DNA of 64,000 nt from a virus (IMGVR_UViG_3300034103_001442:87741-151740), one strand, 5' to 3'; positions 18,422 to 27,150 are shown, numbered from the stretch's first letter. A program made the numbers and translations. The notes: a model not told the origin generated them from the letters alone.

Positions 18422-18960
18422 TAATTTGCTAGTGGGTTTTCCCATGCTTGCTTAATTTTTTCATCAACTTTCTTTTCAAGTTCTTTTAATTTTTGATCCG
18501 TTTCACGTTCAATTGTTCTCAAACGTGCTGACATATCACGGTCAGTTACGCCAACAAATCCACGCACTTCTTTATCAAGTTCGCGATTACGACGATCTGC
18601 AGCATCCATATCGGCTTGGAGACTATCAATATCGCCCTTTAGGTCTGAACGAACATCGCGGATAATATCACCGCTTTCATCAACCATTACAACTGCATTA
18701 TCGACGCGCTCTTCCATCTTGGTGATGCGCTCTTGGATTGCAGAAAGATCTGGTGCAACATACTCTTGAATCTGTTGCTTCATGTCCATATAATCTTTAT
18801 AGAACTCAAAGGCTCCATAAAGACCGCCCAATACTGAAGAAACAATGCCACCAGCGATCATTAATTTTGCTGGGGTAAAACTGTACCCACCAATGCTGAT
18901 GACCGTATTTGGGTCAACTGCTGCTTCTAGTTTATCTACCTTCTCGTCTAAATCGCTCAT
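18421..18960 (-). CDS. membrane-anchored coiled-coil protein
   Basis: N-terminal TM (LMIAGGIVSSVLGGLYGAF), long heptad region, ends ENPLAN. Confidence 0.8.
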   Translation of the reverse strand: MSDLDEKVDKLEAAVDPNTVISIGGYSFTPAKLMIAGGIVSSVLGGLYGAFEFYKDYMDMKQQIQEYVAPDLSAIQERITKMEERVDNAVVMVDESGDIIRDVRSDLKGDIDSLQADMDAADRRNRELDKEVRGFVGVTDRDMSARLRTIERETDQKLKELEKKVDEKIKQAWENPLAN

Positions 18961-18984
18961 TTGTATTGCTCCTTGTTTTATATT

Positions 18985-19428
18985 CTATCTCGTTATAATA
19001 TAAGCAAATCCAAAAATTATGCCAACAAGCATAAAAAATAAAATCCCCACACAAACCATTAATGTAATTTCTTCTTGCCTGTGCGCGGCTTCAATTTCAG
19101 CGCGTCGTCTTGCTTGCGCCGCTGCTAATTCCATCTGCGCATGCATTTTCTGAAACTTCACCCAATCATCCCATAATCCAGGTCGCCCAGCAATCAGCAT
19201 ATAGTCTTTAAGTTCTCTTTCCTTTTTTCGCACTTCTTCTAATGCAAAAAATTCTTCTAGTCGGCTACGCTCATTTGCAGGTGTTTCAATAACTTTCTTT
19301 TCTAACTTTCGTTTACCTTCAAAAAACTTTCCTAATTGACCTGCGCAATCACTTAATTCTCTGCCGTTAGAGACAACCTCCTTGATAACCGCATATGCAG
19401 CATTGATTGCTGCGAGTTCTGCTAACAT
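18985..19428 (-). CDS. helical protein with C-terminal TM anchor
   Basis: ORF track; C-terminal hydrophobic stretch. Confidence 0.75.
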   Translation of the reverse strand: MLAELAAINAAYAVIKEVVSNGRELSDCAGQLGKFFEGKRKLEKKVIETPANERSRLEEFFALEEVRKKERELKDYMLIAGRPGLWDDWVKFQKMHAQMELAAAQARRRAEIEAAHRQEEITLMVCVGILFFMLVGIIFGFAYIITR

Positions 19429-21674
19429 TACTTGTACTGCTCTTCGACCATCTTTTTATATGTGTCAGTGTTTCCTTTTTCGAGAAAATATGAACCGCGA
19501 ACATTATCTTTGTAGACAACGTTCTTGTATATATCTTCTGGTTTATAAAACGGCACATCTTGAAGTCTTTGCGACAAATAAGAACTCACATCTGCATCCA
19601 CTGCAATTGCTGATACAATACCTGATTGATCAGCGTCCATGTAGTTTGCATTAATTGCATCTTGTTGTTCTTTGTTCGCAGCAACTACTTGCTCGGCACG
19701 AACTTCAGCATCAGACTTTTCAATTGGTTTTAACACACCAATAATTTCAAGATTCATCATGCTTGGTGGTTGATTAAACGTATTTGCCACGGCAAGTGCT
19801 GGATCAATCAATGCATTTGTTGTCTCGGCATCTTTTGCAGACTCATCATCAAACTTTTGCTCTGATGATGCAACAGCCGCAGCAACGATGTTTAGTGCTT
19901 CAGCCTCTTGAGCCTCTGCCGTTACTGTTTGATCAGCATTCTCAGCCATCATTTCTTTACCAACATCAAAACTTATTTCAGCAGATGCTTCTGCTTGTAA
20001 CGTTGCTTCGGCAACTACGGTTTCGGTTGTTGTTTCGATCGCTTCAGCCACGACAGTTGATTCTTGTACCTGCGCTTCTTCAGCCGCTACAGTTTCTTCT
20101 GATTGGACTGATGTGCTTGAAGAGTCACTAGCAACCATTGATGCTTCGGCTGCGGTGGCTGATATTGTCTCAGCCTCTGCGACGGATTCATTTGCAGATG
20201 CTTCCGTTCCAGCAAGAGTTGCAGCCAATGCTTCTTGCCCCAACGCTCTACCTGTTTCCAAAAGTTCAGCAGAGGCATCACCTTCATTTGATGCCAAAGC
20301 AACTTCTTCGTTTGCTGTTTCGCTTGATGACGCTGCCTCAGCAACTGCAGTTTCAGAAGTTTCATTTGCAGTTTTTGATGATGAAGAAGATGCAGTAGTT
20401 GATGTTGTTTCGCCAGCAACGCTTCCTGCAGTAGTTACATCAGCAGCAATTGATAGCGCAGCCTCAAGAACATCTTTTGAAATTGAGTCAGATAGTACTG
20501 ATGCCTTTTCTTCGTTTTCTAATGTCTTGGCTACAGCAACAGTTTCAACAACTTCCTCTTCATCATCAATTGTTTCTTCATCAGCAAGCAACTCTTCAAG
20601 ATCTTCATCAATCATTTCTTCATCAGCAATTTCTTCAGCGACAAGAACTTCTTCTGCGACTGAATCGTCTACTGTTTCTTCTTCGTCTTCGGTAAATGCA
20701 TCTGAACCGTCATCTGAACCACTGTCAAATCCAGTATCAGCAAGCATTTCTTCATCAATGGCGTCACTTGTTATACTGTCAATAATACAAGTTGGATCAG
20801 TTGGGTCAGTGGCGCAATCGACTTCAGCAACAGATGGTGGTATATTACTACCGAATGAGCAACTTTTAACAACACCACCAATTGGATCACTACCCCAGTC
20901 GCCATTAGTACAAGCATACGTTCCTGCTTGAAATTCTTGATAGATGTAAACACCATCAGCACCATATCTTACAACACCTGGTTCGGTGAGTGTAAACAAT
21001 TCATTTTCACCAGCCAATCTTTCCCAATATAAAAAATCTGTTGGAGGTGGTGCCGCAGCATATGTTAAACTTAAATCAAGACTTCTAACTTGCGGACCAT
21101 AGTAGCCAGCCCAAAATCTATCATCTTTACCTGTAAAACTAATTTGTATTCGACCAATTTCAGATATATCGTATGGATTGGTAAAACTTATTTCACCGCC
21201 AAATAATGTCCAACCATTTGTGGTTTGTCCTAATTGAAAATTAAAATCTTCTAGGATATTGTTGTTTGGGTCATAAAATTTAATGGCTGCGGACAACGTA
21301 CCCCTGCTAAACTCTTGGTTGAAATATTCCCAACTATATTTGAAACTGTTTATTTGAGTTCCGTTTCCTGGAAACTCACTTGTATCAAATAAGTTGTAAT
21401 TTACTGTGCCCTGCGCATAACCAAATATAAAAGTTCCTGTTTGACCGTTGTACCCAGGAATATTTCCGCCAGAAAATCCACCACCACTTGAATTGGTATT
21501 AACGAATCCAGTCCAAGTATAATTTGTTCCCTGTGGTGGAGGGTTCAATGTAGTATAAATTAAATTCTCAGTTTCACCAGTAGGAGGTGATGCTGGAATG
21601 TATGGACCAGGAGTGTACTCCTGCGCGAACGCAGGAGCCACTGCTAATAAAAGTAGAGCGAGAAGTCGCTTCAT
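19428..21674 (-). CDS. secreted protein with lectin-like domains and long acidic Ala/Glu-rich region
   Basis: Signal peptide ending AFA; GKDDRFWAGYYGPQV (FBA-like); VRYGA..C.N..WGSDP.GGVVKSC module. Confidence 0.75.
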   Translation of the reverse strand: MKRLLALLLLAVAPAFAQEYTPGPYIPASPPTGETENLIYTTLNPPPQGTNYTWTGFVNTNSSGGGFSGGNIPGYNGQTGTFIFGYAQGTVNYNLFDTSEFPGNGTQINSFKYSWEYFNQEFSRGTLSAAIKFYDPNNNILEDFNFQLGQTTNGWTLFGGEISFTNPYDISEIGRIQISFTGKDDRFWAGYYGPQVRSLDLSLTYAAAPPPTDFLYWERLAGENELFTLTEPGVVRYGADGVYIYQEFQAGTYACTNGDWGSDPIGGVVKSCSFGSNIPPSVAEVDCATDPTDPTCIIDSITSDAIDEEMLADTGFDSGSDDGSDAFTEDEEETVDDSVAEEVLVAEEIADEEMIDEDLEELLADEETIDDEEEVVETVAVAKTLENEEKASVLSDSISKDVLEAALSIAADVTTAGSVAGETTSTTASSSSSKTANETSETAVAEAASSSETANEEVALASNEGDASAELLETGRALGQEALAATLAGTEASANESVAEAETISATAAEASMVASDSSSTSVQSEETVAAEEAQVQESTVVAEAIETTTETVVAEATLQAEASAEISFDVGKEMMAENADQTVTAEAQEAEALNIVAAAVASSEQKFDDESAKDAETTNALIDPALAVANTFNQPPSMMNLEIIGVLKPIEKSDAEVRAEQVVAANKEQQDAINANYMDADQSGIVSAIAVDADVSSYLSQRLQDVPFYKPEDIYKNVVYKDNVRGSYFLEKGNTDTYKKMVEEQYK

Positions 21675-23035
21675 CAGCCACCTACGGAGGCTACTGGAAT
21701 ATCAGTTGATTTTTCTTGCTCTTTCTTTTCCCAAAATTTCCACCACTTCTTCTTGAAGTCTGGACGTTCTTCTTGGTTGCCTGTCCACTCTGTTGTTGCT
21801 TCTTTGCCGATTTTACCCATGTATGGGCAAGGTGTTCCAGCCATTTCCATAGCCTTGAACACTCTTTCATCTTGACACATTAGTGACACAGCAGCAACCT
21901 TCATACCCATGTCGTATAGAGTCTTTGATAGTTTCAAACGTTCGCAATTCATATCACGAACTGCCTTACCAGCAGAGACACCGAACACTTGAGTTTGTAC
22001 AGCGCCAGAAACGCCTGACACACAGACATCTTGGCTGTATGTTGAGATCATTGGAGCAATAGCACTAGCAGGAGGTGCTTTGATTGTTGTTTCTGTTTTT
22101 GTAAAGTTTTCGTTACGATTGATATTCGTATTTGTATTTTCAGTTTTTACATTTGATTGGCTTGTGCTTTCAGACTTGTTAACGTTTTCGTTTTTGTTTA
22201 CAGCTGTTGATGTGCTTACATTAACATTGTTATTTGTGTTTACGCTAGTGCTATCGTTTTTATTAACATTGGTATTTGTTGAAGTTGAGACGTTGTTGTT
22301 ATTATTTGTGTTGGTTGAAGTTGAGACGTTATTGTTGTTATTCGTATTCACATTATTTGAGTTGATATTTGTGTCATTTTTATTGTTATTATTATAAGTC
22401 ACTTCACCAGATAGGTTGTTATTATTGTTATTTGTGTTCGTAGATGTTGAGGTGTTCACATTGTTATTATTATTTGTATTTGTGCTCACTGATTCATTCG
22501 TACTATTATTGTAATTAACGTTCGTATTTGTCGATACGTTGTTGTTATTATTTGTAGAAGTGTTAACATTCGTATTTGTGGAAACACTGTTATTATTATT
22601 CACGTTGGTATTCGTAGAAACACTGTTGTTATTGTTAGTGCTTGTACTGTTCACCGTTGACGTATTCACATTGTTATTGTTATTCGTCGATGTGGTGTTA
22701 TTGTTATTATTGTACGTCACCTCACCAGACATATTATTGTTGTTGGTGTTGACGTTTGTATTCGTAGACGTCGAATTGTTCGTGTTTACGTTGTTGTTAT
22801 TATTCGTATTCGTACTTGTAGAAGTCGAATTATTCGTGTTAATATTCGTATTGAGATTCGTATTATTCGTCGTCTCAGTACTGGTATTAACGTTCGTGTT
22901 GTTATTTGTGTTTGTATTCGTCGTCGTTGACGTAGTGTTAACGTCACTAGTCGTGTTGACCGTAGAAACTGTAGTAGTTTGTGCGAATACTGTTCCAGAA
23001 ACGAGAAGAGCAAGAACTGCTAGTAATCTTTTCAT
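21674..23035 (-). CDS. secreted Asn/Thr-rich repeat protein with Cys-containing C-terminal domain
   Basis: Start MKRLLAVL after GAGGG SD; signal peptide; about 300 aa of N/T/S/V repeats; C...CERLKLSK...MCQD...GTPCP. Confidence 0.8.
   Translation of the reverse strand: MKRLLAVLALLVSGTVFAQTTTVSTVNTTSDVNTTSTTTNTNTNNNTNVNTSTETTNNTNLNTNINTNNSTSTSTNTNNNNNVNTNNSTSTNTNVNTNNNNMSGEVTYNNNNNTTSTNNNNNVNTSTVNSTSTNNNNSVSTNTNVNNNNSVSTNTNVNTSTNNNNNVSTNTNVNYNNSTNESVSTNTNNNNNVNTSTSTNTNNNNNNLSGEVTYNNNNKNDTNINSNNVNTNNNNNVSTSTNTNNNNNVSTSTNTNVNKNDSTSVNTNNNVNVSTSTAVNKNENVNKSESTSQSNVKTENTNTNINRNENFTKTETTIKAPPASAIAPMISTYSQDVCVSGVSGAVQTQVFGVSAGKAVRDMNCERLKLSKTLYDMGMKVAAVSLMCQDERVFKAMEMAGTPCPYMGKIGKEATTEWTGNQEERPDFKKKWWKFWEKKEQEKSTDIPVASVGG
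22080..22980 (-). repeat. low-complexity Asn/Thr coding repeat
   Basis: Recurrent units such as STNTNNNNNV and SGEVTYNNNN (twice). Confidence 0.85.
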
Positions 23036-23126
23036 TGTACCCTCTTTGTTGTTTGCATAACGAAACATCAAAAAAGGATATAATTCAATGGTGATGAGTG
23101 TATTTAGTCGTTTCCGTTTTAGAAAT

Positions 23127-23160
23127 AAAAAAAGAGCCTGCACCAAAACGGTACAGGCTC
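23127..23160 (-). terminator. intrinsic terminator
   Basis: GAGCCTG...CAGGCTC + T7. Confidence 0.7.
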
Positions 23161-23201
23161 CAACTCATGAGGATAAGTATGAGTTAAATGTTAGCTGTAA
23201 A

Positions 23202-23504
23202 TTAGGCAGCAATCGTAACGTTGATCGCGTCACGATAGAGCGTCTTACGCGAACGAGCAACCTGACGGTTGGAACGATACGTATTGAACGCCTTGTTGGC
23301 ACTACCAATGCGGTAGGCAAACACCTTACGACCACGGCTGTTAGTTACGCGGTTGGTGTAAACAGTTACACCAGCGTTACGAGCGCGGTAAGCAAGGTCA
23401 GCGATATTCTTAACCTTAAAGAGGGTGCGAGCCTGACGGGTCGTAACCTCACTACCCTCATTGACGAGGAAGTTAAGGAAAGAGTTAAGTGCAGTCATCT
23501 TCAT
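23202..23504 (-). CDS. basic hypothetical protein (possible winged-helix DNA-binding)
   Basis: Arg/Lys-rich; own promoter 23566-23597 and terminator. Confidence 0.7.
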   Translation of the reverse strand: MKMTALNSFLNFLVNEGSEVTTRQARTLFKVKNIADLAYRARNAGVTVYTNRVTNSRGRKVFAYRIGSANKAFNTYRSNRQVARSRKTLYRDAINVTIAA

Positions 23505-23609
23505 AATTACTCCAATAATATAATTTCAAGTTTAACAAAGTGTTGGACGCTTATCCAACTTTACCAGTATACCCCAACCCAGAAATAAAGAAAAGGGGTG
23601 TTTTGGTTC

Positions 23610-23682
23610 GGTAGCGGAGCCGAGAGTTGCACTCGGAATTGAGGATTATGAGTCCTCTGTGATGCTGTTTCACTACCCCGCA
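23610..23682 (-). tRNA. tRNA-fMet-like (CAT)
   Basis: TGCGGGG..., anticodon arm GAGGA-CTCATAA-TCCTC, 1:72 mismatch; ends ACC(G). Confidence 0.8.
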
Positions 23683-23687
23683 ATAGA

Positions 23688-23921
23688 TCACTTCTCGCAC
23701 TTGTCCAGCAAGTAGGCTTTCGCAGTACGTAATTCTGAGTTTGACAAAGAACCATCGTTGTTCTTGTCTGCTCTTTCAAAAAGTTTTGCATCAACATCGC
23801 AATAACGGTTGAGGTCTTCAAGTGTTACCTTACCATCTTGATCAAAATCGTAAATTGATACACGGTCAACTGCCAATGCTGGTGTTGATGCGAGAGCGAG
23901 TGCTAGAATAAACTTCTTCAT
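23688..23921 (-). CDS. secreted EF-hand protein
   Basis: Signal peptide ending ALA; DFDQDGKVTLED and DKNNDGSLSNSE loops. Confidence 0.8.
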   Translation of the reverse strand: MKKFILALALASTPALAVDRVSIYDFDQDGKVTLEDLNRYCDVDAKLFERADKNNDGSLSNSELRTAKAYLLDKCEK

Positions 23922-24334
23922 TTTGTGATTTCTCCAATTTTCTTATAACCGTTACCAGTGGGATGTATGCCATCTTTTGATAGGGATGGAATCCTAATAA
24001 TCCAATCACCATACATCTCCGCAATACTTTCTACATACTCTTGAATTCTGACGATAGGGATTTCGCTAGTCTTTGCATTACCAGCAGGAAGAATCCAGTA
24101 TACCGTTTCTGCTTGTACTCGTTCGCGCAGTTTAAACAGTTCCTTTTCAGTCTTAATGTACTTGTGGTCATTACTACCAAGACTGATTACAACAATCCTA
24201 CCAGCAAATTTTTGCGGATACTTTTTGTTGAATTGTGTGGTATTGATTCCACTCGTAGCATAAGCCACACACTCGGGGCGAGCCTGTGCAGTGCCAACAG
24301 CAATACTATCACCCAAAATCAAACAGTCAATCAT
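23918..24334 (-). CDS. SGNH/GDSL hydrolase
   Basis: GDSIAVG, SLGSND, DGIHP. Confidence 0.85.
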   Translation of the reverse strand: MIDCLILGDSIAVGTAQARPECVAYATSGINTTQFNKKYPQKFAGRIVVISLGSNDHKYIKTEKELFKLRERVQAETVYWILPAGNAKTSEIPIVRIQEYVESIAEMYGDWIIRIPSLSKDGIHPTGNGYKKIGEITK

Positions 24335-24517
24335 ATTTCTTTTTTATGCCAATAATTTGGTATACGACAAAATGTCGCACACTTACTTATATAGAATCAG
24401 CCCTTTTTTTGGCTCTTTCTATTAATTTTTTTACCCTGACCGAAAATGCGCTCCCAGTTTTTGTCAAACTGTTTTTTTGGGATGCTCAACGGTCTTTGTT
24501 TACTACCTTTGGACATA

Positions 24518-25090
24518 TCAATTTTTCCAAACACGACTGTTCTTTGGGATACTCGCCATCAAGTATTCCATTTGATCAGCGAGCACCTTACGATTTTTCA
24601 GTAGTATACGTTCATGCACAGTTGGTGCATATGGAACATAGATCAAATGCATCTTGGCTTCTTCTGGTGTACGGTTGCCTTTACGATGATTACATGAACG
24701 GCAAGCAGTGACACAGTTAGTCCACTGATTTGTACCGCCTCGGGATTTCGGATGAACATGGTCAATCGTCAATTGGCTTGATGAAAACTCATCACCACAG
24801 TATGCACAAATATGCCAGTCACGAGCATACAACGTCATTCGATCAGCAAATTTGGTTTGTTGATTGTAAAACTTATCACCAAGCAATGGACCACTGACAC
24901 CGATGATTGAAGAAATATCAATGCGTGATTGCTCGCCAAAATTGTTACGCCCACCAAACATGGACTTCACTTTGGTTCCCAATTCCCACAACACTTTTTC
25001 TTTTGCGTAATAACAAGCAGCCATTTCAAAATTCACCCAGTCTTTGGGCATGCCGCCTTTATCAACAACCAATACCAGTGACACAATCAA
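24518..25090 (-). CDS. HNH endonuclease (McrA-like)
   Basis: RD..CAYCG, TIDHVHPKSRGG, W.NCVTAC.SCN..KG. Confidence 0.9.
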   Translation of the reverse strand: MIVSLVLVVDKGGMPKDWVNFEMAACYYAKEKVLWELGTKVKSMFGGRNNFGEQSRIDISSIIGVSGPLLGDKFYNQQTKFADRMTLYARDWHICAYCGDEFSSSQLTIDHVHPKSRGGTNQWTNCVTACRSCNHRKGNRTPEEAKMHLIYVPYAPTVHERILLKNRKVLADQMEYLMASIPKNSRVWKN

Positions 25091-25223
25091 CTCCTACCAG
25101 TGATGGATAATATTTGCTATGATAAAAATACAAGTTACGATTTCTAGGGCACGGATACACCACCAAATAACTGGTGTATGTTTTTCAACTTTTCTACTAT
25201 ATCTAGTGATCATATTTTATTTA

Positions 25224-25307
25224 TGGTGCCCAGAAGAGGACTCGAACCTCCATGCCTTTCGACGGCAGATTCTAAGTCTGCTGTGTATACCATTCCACCA
25301 TCTGGGC
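25224..25307 (-). tRNA. tRNA-Leu(TAG)
   Basis: Cloverleaf, GCAGA-CTTAGAA-TCTGC, CCA. Confidence 0.92.
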
Positions 25308-25318
25308 GTTTTAAATTT

Positions 25319-25408
25319 TGGCGGAAGCGGAAGGATTCGAACCTTCGTGTCCCGTTAAGGACTGCTTGTTTTCAAGACAAGTGCGATCAACCACTCTGCC
25401 ACGCTTCC
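25319..25408 (-). tRNA. tRNA-Ser(TGA)
   Basis: CTTGT-CTTGAAA-ACAAG, long variable arm, CCA. Confidence 0.92.
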
Positions 25409-25420
25409 AAAATTTTATTC

Positions 25421-25738
25421 CTACGAATTTATCTTATAATACTCTTTCATGATAAAAAAGTCAAGCGCCTTAACAATCTTGCTAATCCTATAGGACTGAT
25501 TGTCACCTGCCGCTTGACGTGTTTGATGGTTTACTAGATGTAACTCATAAACCAAATCTTCAAATGTAATACTTTTGTTTCTAATTTTCCGTAGTATTTC
25601 ACGGTATTGTTCCGCGTATTGATATACTTCTTTGTTGTATGAAATACCACTAGCAGATGCACCTTTGTTATCAAGCGCATCGCAAAGCATATCAACATGC
25701 GGCTGTAAATCTTCGAACCGTAATTTCTTTTGTGTCAT
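25421..25738 (-). CDS. hypothetical protein within tRNA array
   Basis: ORF track; AT-rich. Confidence 0.5.
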   Translation of the reverse strand: MTQKKLRFEDLQPHVDMLCDALDNKGASASGISYNKEVYQYAEQYREILRKIRNKSITFEDLVYELHLVNHQTRQAAGDNQSYRISKIVKALDFFIMKEYYKINS

Positions 25739-25743
25739 AAAAT

Positions 25744-25817
25744 TGGAGCGGGATGCGAGAATCGAACTCGCGCGTAAACCTTGGCAAGGTTTCAGGCTAC
25801 CATTACATCAATCCCGC
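25744..25817 (-). tRNA. tRNA-Gly(GCC)
   Basis: AAACC-TTGCCAA-GGTTT, CCA. Confidence 0.92.
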
Positions 25818-25829
25818 ATAAATAGTTAT

Positions 25830-26006
25830 ATGGAAATATCGAATGTAAAAGAAAATAGTTTGATACAAGGTAATTTAGTCGAAAAACCTAAACCTGTACC
25901 GCAAGTACCTTCCGAGTCCAGTTTACTCTCAACACCGCCAGAAGAAATTCAAAAAAATATAGAGCGTTGGAGAGAGTTTAATGAACGCATACATGTAGTT
26001 GTTTAA
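25830..26006 (+). CDS. small hypothetical protein antisense to tRNA operon
   Basis: MEISNVKE...; CATAAATA just upstream; fills the tRNA spacer. Confidence 0.4.
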   Translation: MEISNVKENSLIQGNLVEKPKPVPQVPSESSLLSTPPEEIQKNIERWREFNERIHVVV

Positions 26007-26008
26007 AA

Positions 26009-26083
26009 TGGTGCGCGATGAGAGGGTCGAACTCCCGACATTTGCCGTGTAAAGGCACTACTCTACCACTGAGTTAATCGCGC
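26009..26083 (-). tRNA. tRNA-Val(TAC)
   Basis: TGCC-TTTACAC-GGCA, CCA. Confidence 0.9.
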
Positions 26084-26084
26084 A

Positions 26085-26381
26085 TTAATTCGTCAACACT
26101 CTATATAGACCATAAGTGTCTACAATAGTCAATAGCAAATAATTAGCAAACATACCAAAACTATTTCGTGTCCATGCCGCCCAAGCATACATGGCGCAAC
26201 CACTCATCCAAAATGGATATAACAATTTGAGTGGTGGATCGGGAACAGTTACAGCCATAGCAACGGTGCAACCGATACTGATAATCCAAGCGATCACTTC
26301 AACGCAAAATCTAAACGGATACGATTGATAATCGGTTTTCGCCCAATTCCATGTATCAACCATTGCTTTTTTGATAATCAT
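26085..26381 (-). CDS. small membrane protein
   Basis: About three hydrophobic segments; GAGGG SD. Confidence 0.7.
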   Translation of the reverse strand: MIIKKAMVDTWNWAKTDYQSYPFRFCVEVIAWIISIGCTVAMAVTVPDPPLKLLYPFWMSGCAMYAWAAWTRNSFGMFANYLLLTIVDTYGLYRVLTN

Positions 26382-26394
26382 AGTTCCCTCAATT

Positions 26395-26470
26395 TGGCGC
26401 GCTCGGCAGGATTCGAACCTGCGTATATCTGCTTAGAAGGCAGATGCCTCATCCACTAGACTACGAGCGC
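26395..26470 (-). tRNA. tRNA-Arg(TCT)
   Basis: TCTGC-CTTCTAA-GCAGA, CCA. Confidence 0.92.
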
Positions 26471-26471
26471 A

Positions 26472-26545
26472 TGGAGCAGAGTAGGAGAATCGAACTCCTT
26501 TGACCAGCTTGGAAGGCTGGGACACAACCAATATGCCAACTCTGC
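26472..26545 (-). tRNA. tRNA-Gly(TCC)
   Basis: CCAGC-CTTCCAA-GCTGG, CCA. Confidence 0.92.
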
Positions 26546-26552
26546 GTAACAC

Positions 26553-26637
26553 TGGTGCGACTGGTCGGACTTGAACCGACATGGCTAACGCCGACAGATT
26601 TTAAGTCTGTTGTGTATACCGATTCCACCACAGTCGC
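26553..26637 (-). tRNA. tRNA-Leu(TAA)
   Basis: ACAGA-CTTAAAA-TCTGT, CCA. Confidence 0.92.
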
Positions 26638-26642
26638 GAAAA

Positions 26643-26719
26643 TGGTCGGACAGAGAGGATTCGAACCTCCGACCCTCTGCTCCCAAAGCAGATGCACTAC
26701 CAGGCTGTGCTACTGTCCG
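26643..26719 (-). tRNA. tRNA-Pro(TGG)
   Basis: TCTGC-TTTGGGA-GCAGA, CCA. Confidence 0.92.
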
Positions 26720-26727
26720 ATTTATAC

Positions 26728-26756
26728 ATTATAAGTTAGTGATGAAATAAAGTCAA
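26728..26756 (-). promoter_or_regulatory. internal sigma70-like promoter of tRNA array
   Basis: TTGACT-17-TATAAT. Confidence 0.75.
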
Positions 26757-26757
26757 G

Positions 26758-26834
26758 TGGTGCGCCCACTAGGACTTGAACCTAGAATCAACAGATTATG
26801 AGTCTGCTGCATTAACCAATTATGCTATAGGCGC
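26758..26834 (-). tRNA. tRNA-CAT (probably Ile2; Met not excluded)
   Basis: CAGA-CTCATAA-TCTG, CCA. Confidence 0.85.
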
Positions 26835-26838
26835 GAAA

Positions 26839-26913
26839 TGGAGTTGCGGACTGGACTCGCACCAGCATAGAACAGTTTTGCAGACTGTCGCCTAACTTCT
26901 CAGCCACCGCAAC
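26839..26913 (-). tRNA. tRNA-Cys(GCA)
   Basis: ACAGT-CTGCAAA-ACTGT, U73, CCA. Confidence 0.88.
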
Positions 26914-26986
26914 AAAATTTACTGATCGGTAAAATTTTGTTAACAATAATTAACAATGTCAAAAAATTTACTGATCGGGAAAATTT
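26914..26986. repeat. two copies of a near-palindromic 23-bp element
   Basis: AAAATTTACTGATCGG(T/G)AAAATTT at 26914 and 26963. Confidence 0.8.
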
Positions 26987-27061
26987 GGTAGCAACGGTTG
27001 GACTCGAACCAACGATAAACTCCGTATGAAGGAGGTGCATTAGCCACTATGCTACGTTGCC
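26986..27061 (-). tRNA. tRNA-Met(CAT), elongator type
   Basis: CTCC-TTCATAC-GGAG, CCA. Confidence 0.88.
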
Positions 27062-27063
27062 AT

Positions 27064-27150
27064 TGGCGGAAGGCAGTGTACTCGAAACACATTCCCAAAG
27101 GGAACCATCTGTTTAGCAAACAGCGACAGATCCTCTCTGCTTTACCTTCC
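27064..27150 (-). tRNA. tRNA-Ser(GCT)
   Basis: CTGT-TTGCTAA-ACAG, long variable arm, CCA. Confidence 0.88.

Noticed and set aside
20113-20931. 272-aa Ser/Ala-rich + strand ORF
   Set aside because: Shadow of the acidic region of the 748-aa gene
22080-23060. Very hydrophobic + strand ORFs (22080-22397, 22539-23060)
   Set aside because: Antisense shadow of the Asn/Thr codon repeats; the minus-strand gene has the SD and signal peptide
24518-25090. HNH gene as a homing endonuclease for the tRNA array
   Set aside because: It resembles the stand-alone McrA-like HNH family without an evident extra DNA-binding domain; position alone is insufficient evidence
26914-26986. Possible mini-CRISPR array
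   Set aside because: Only two repeats, a low-complexity spacer, and no cas genes in the window
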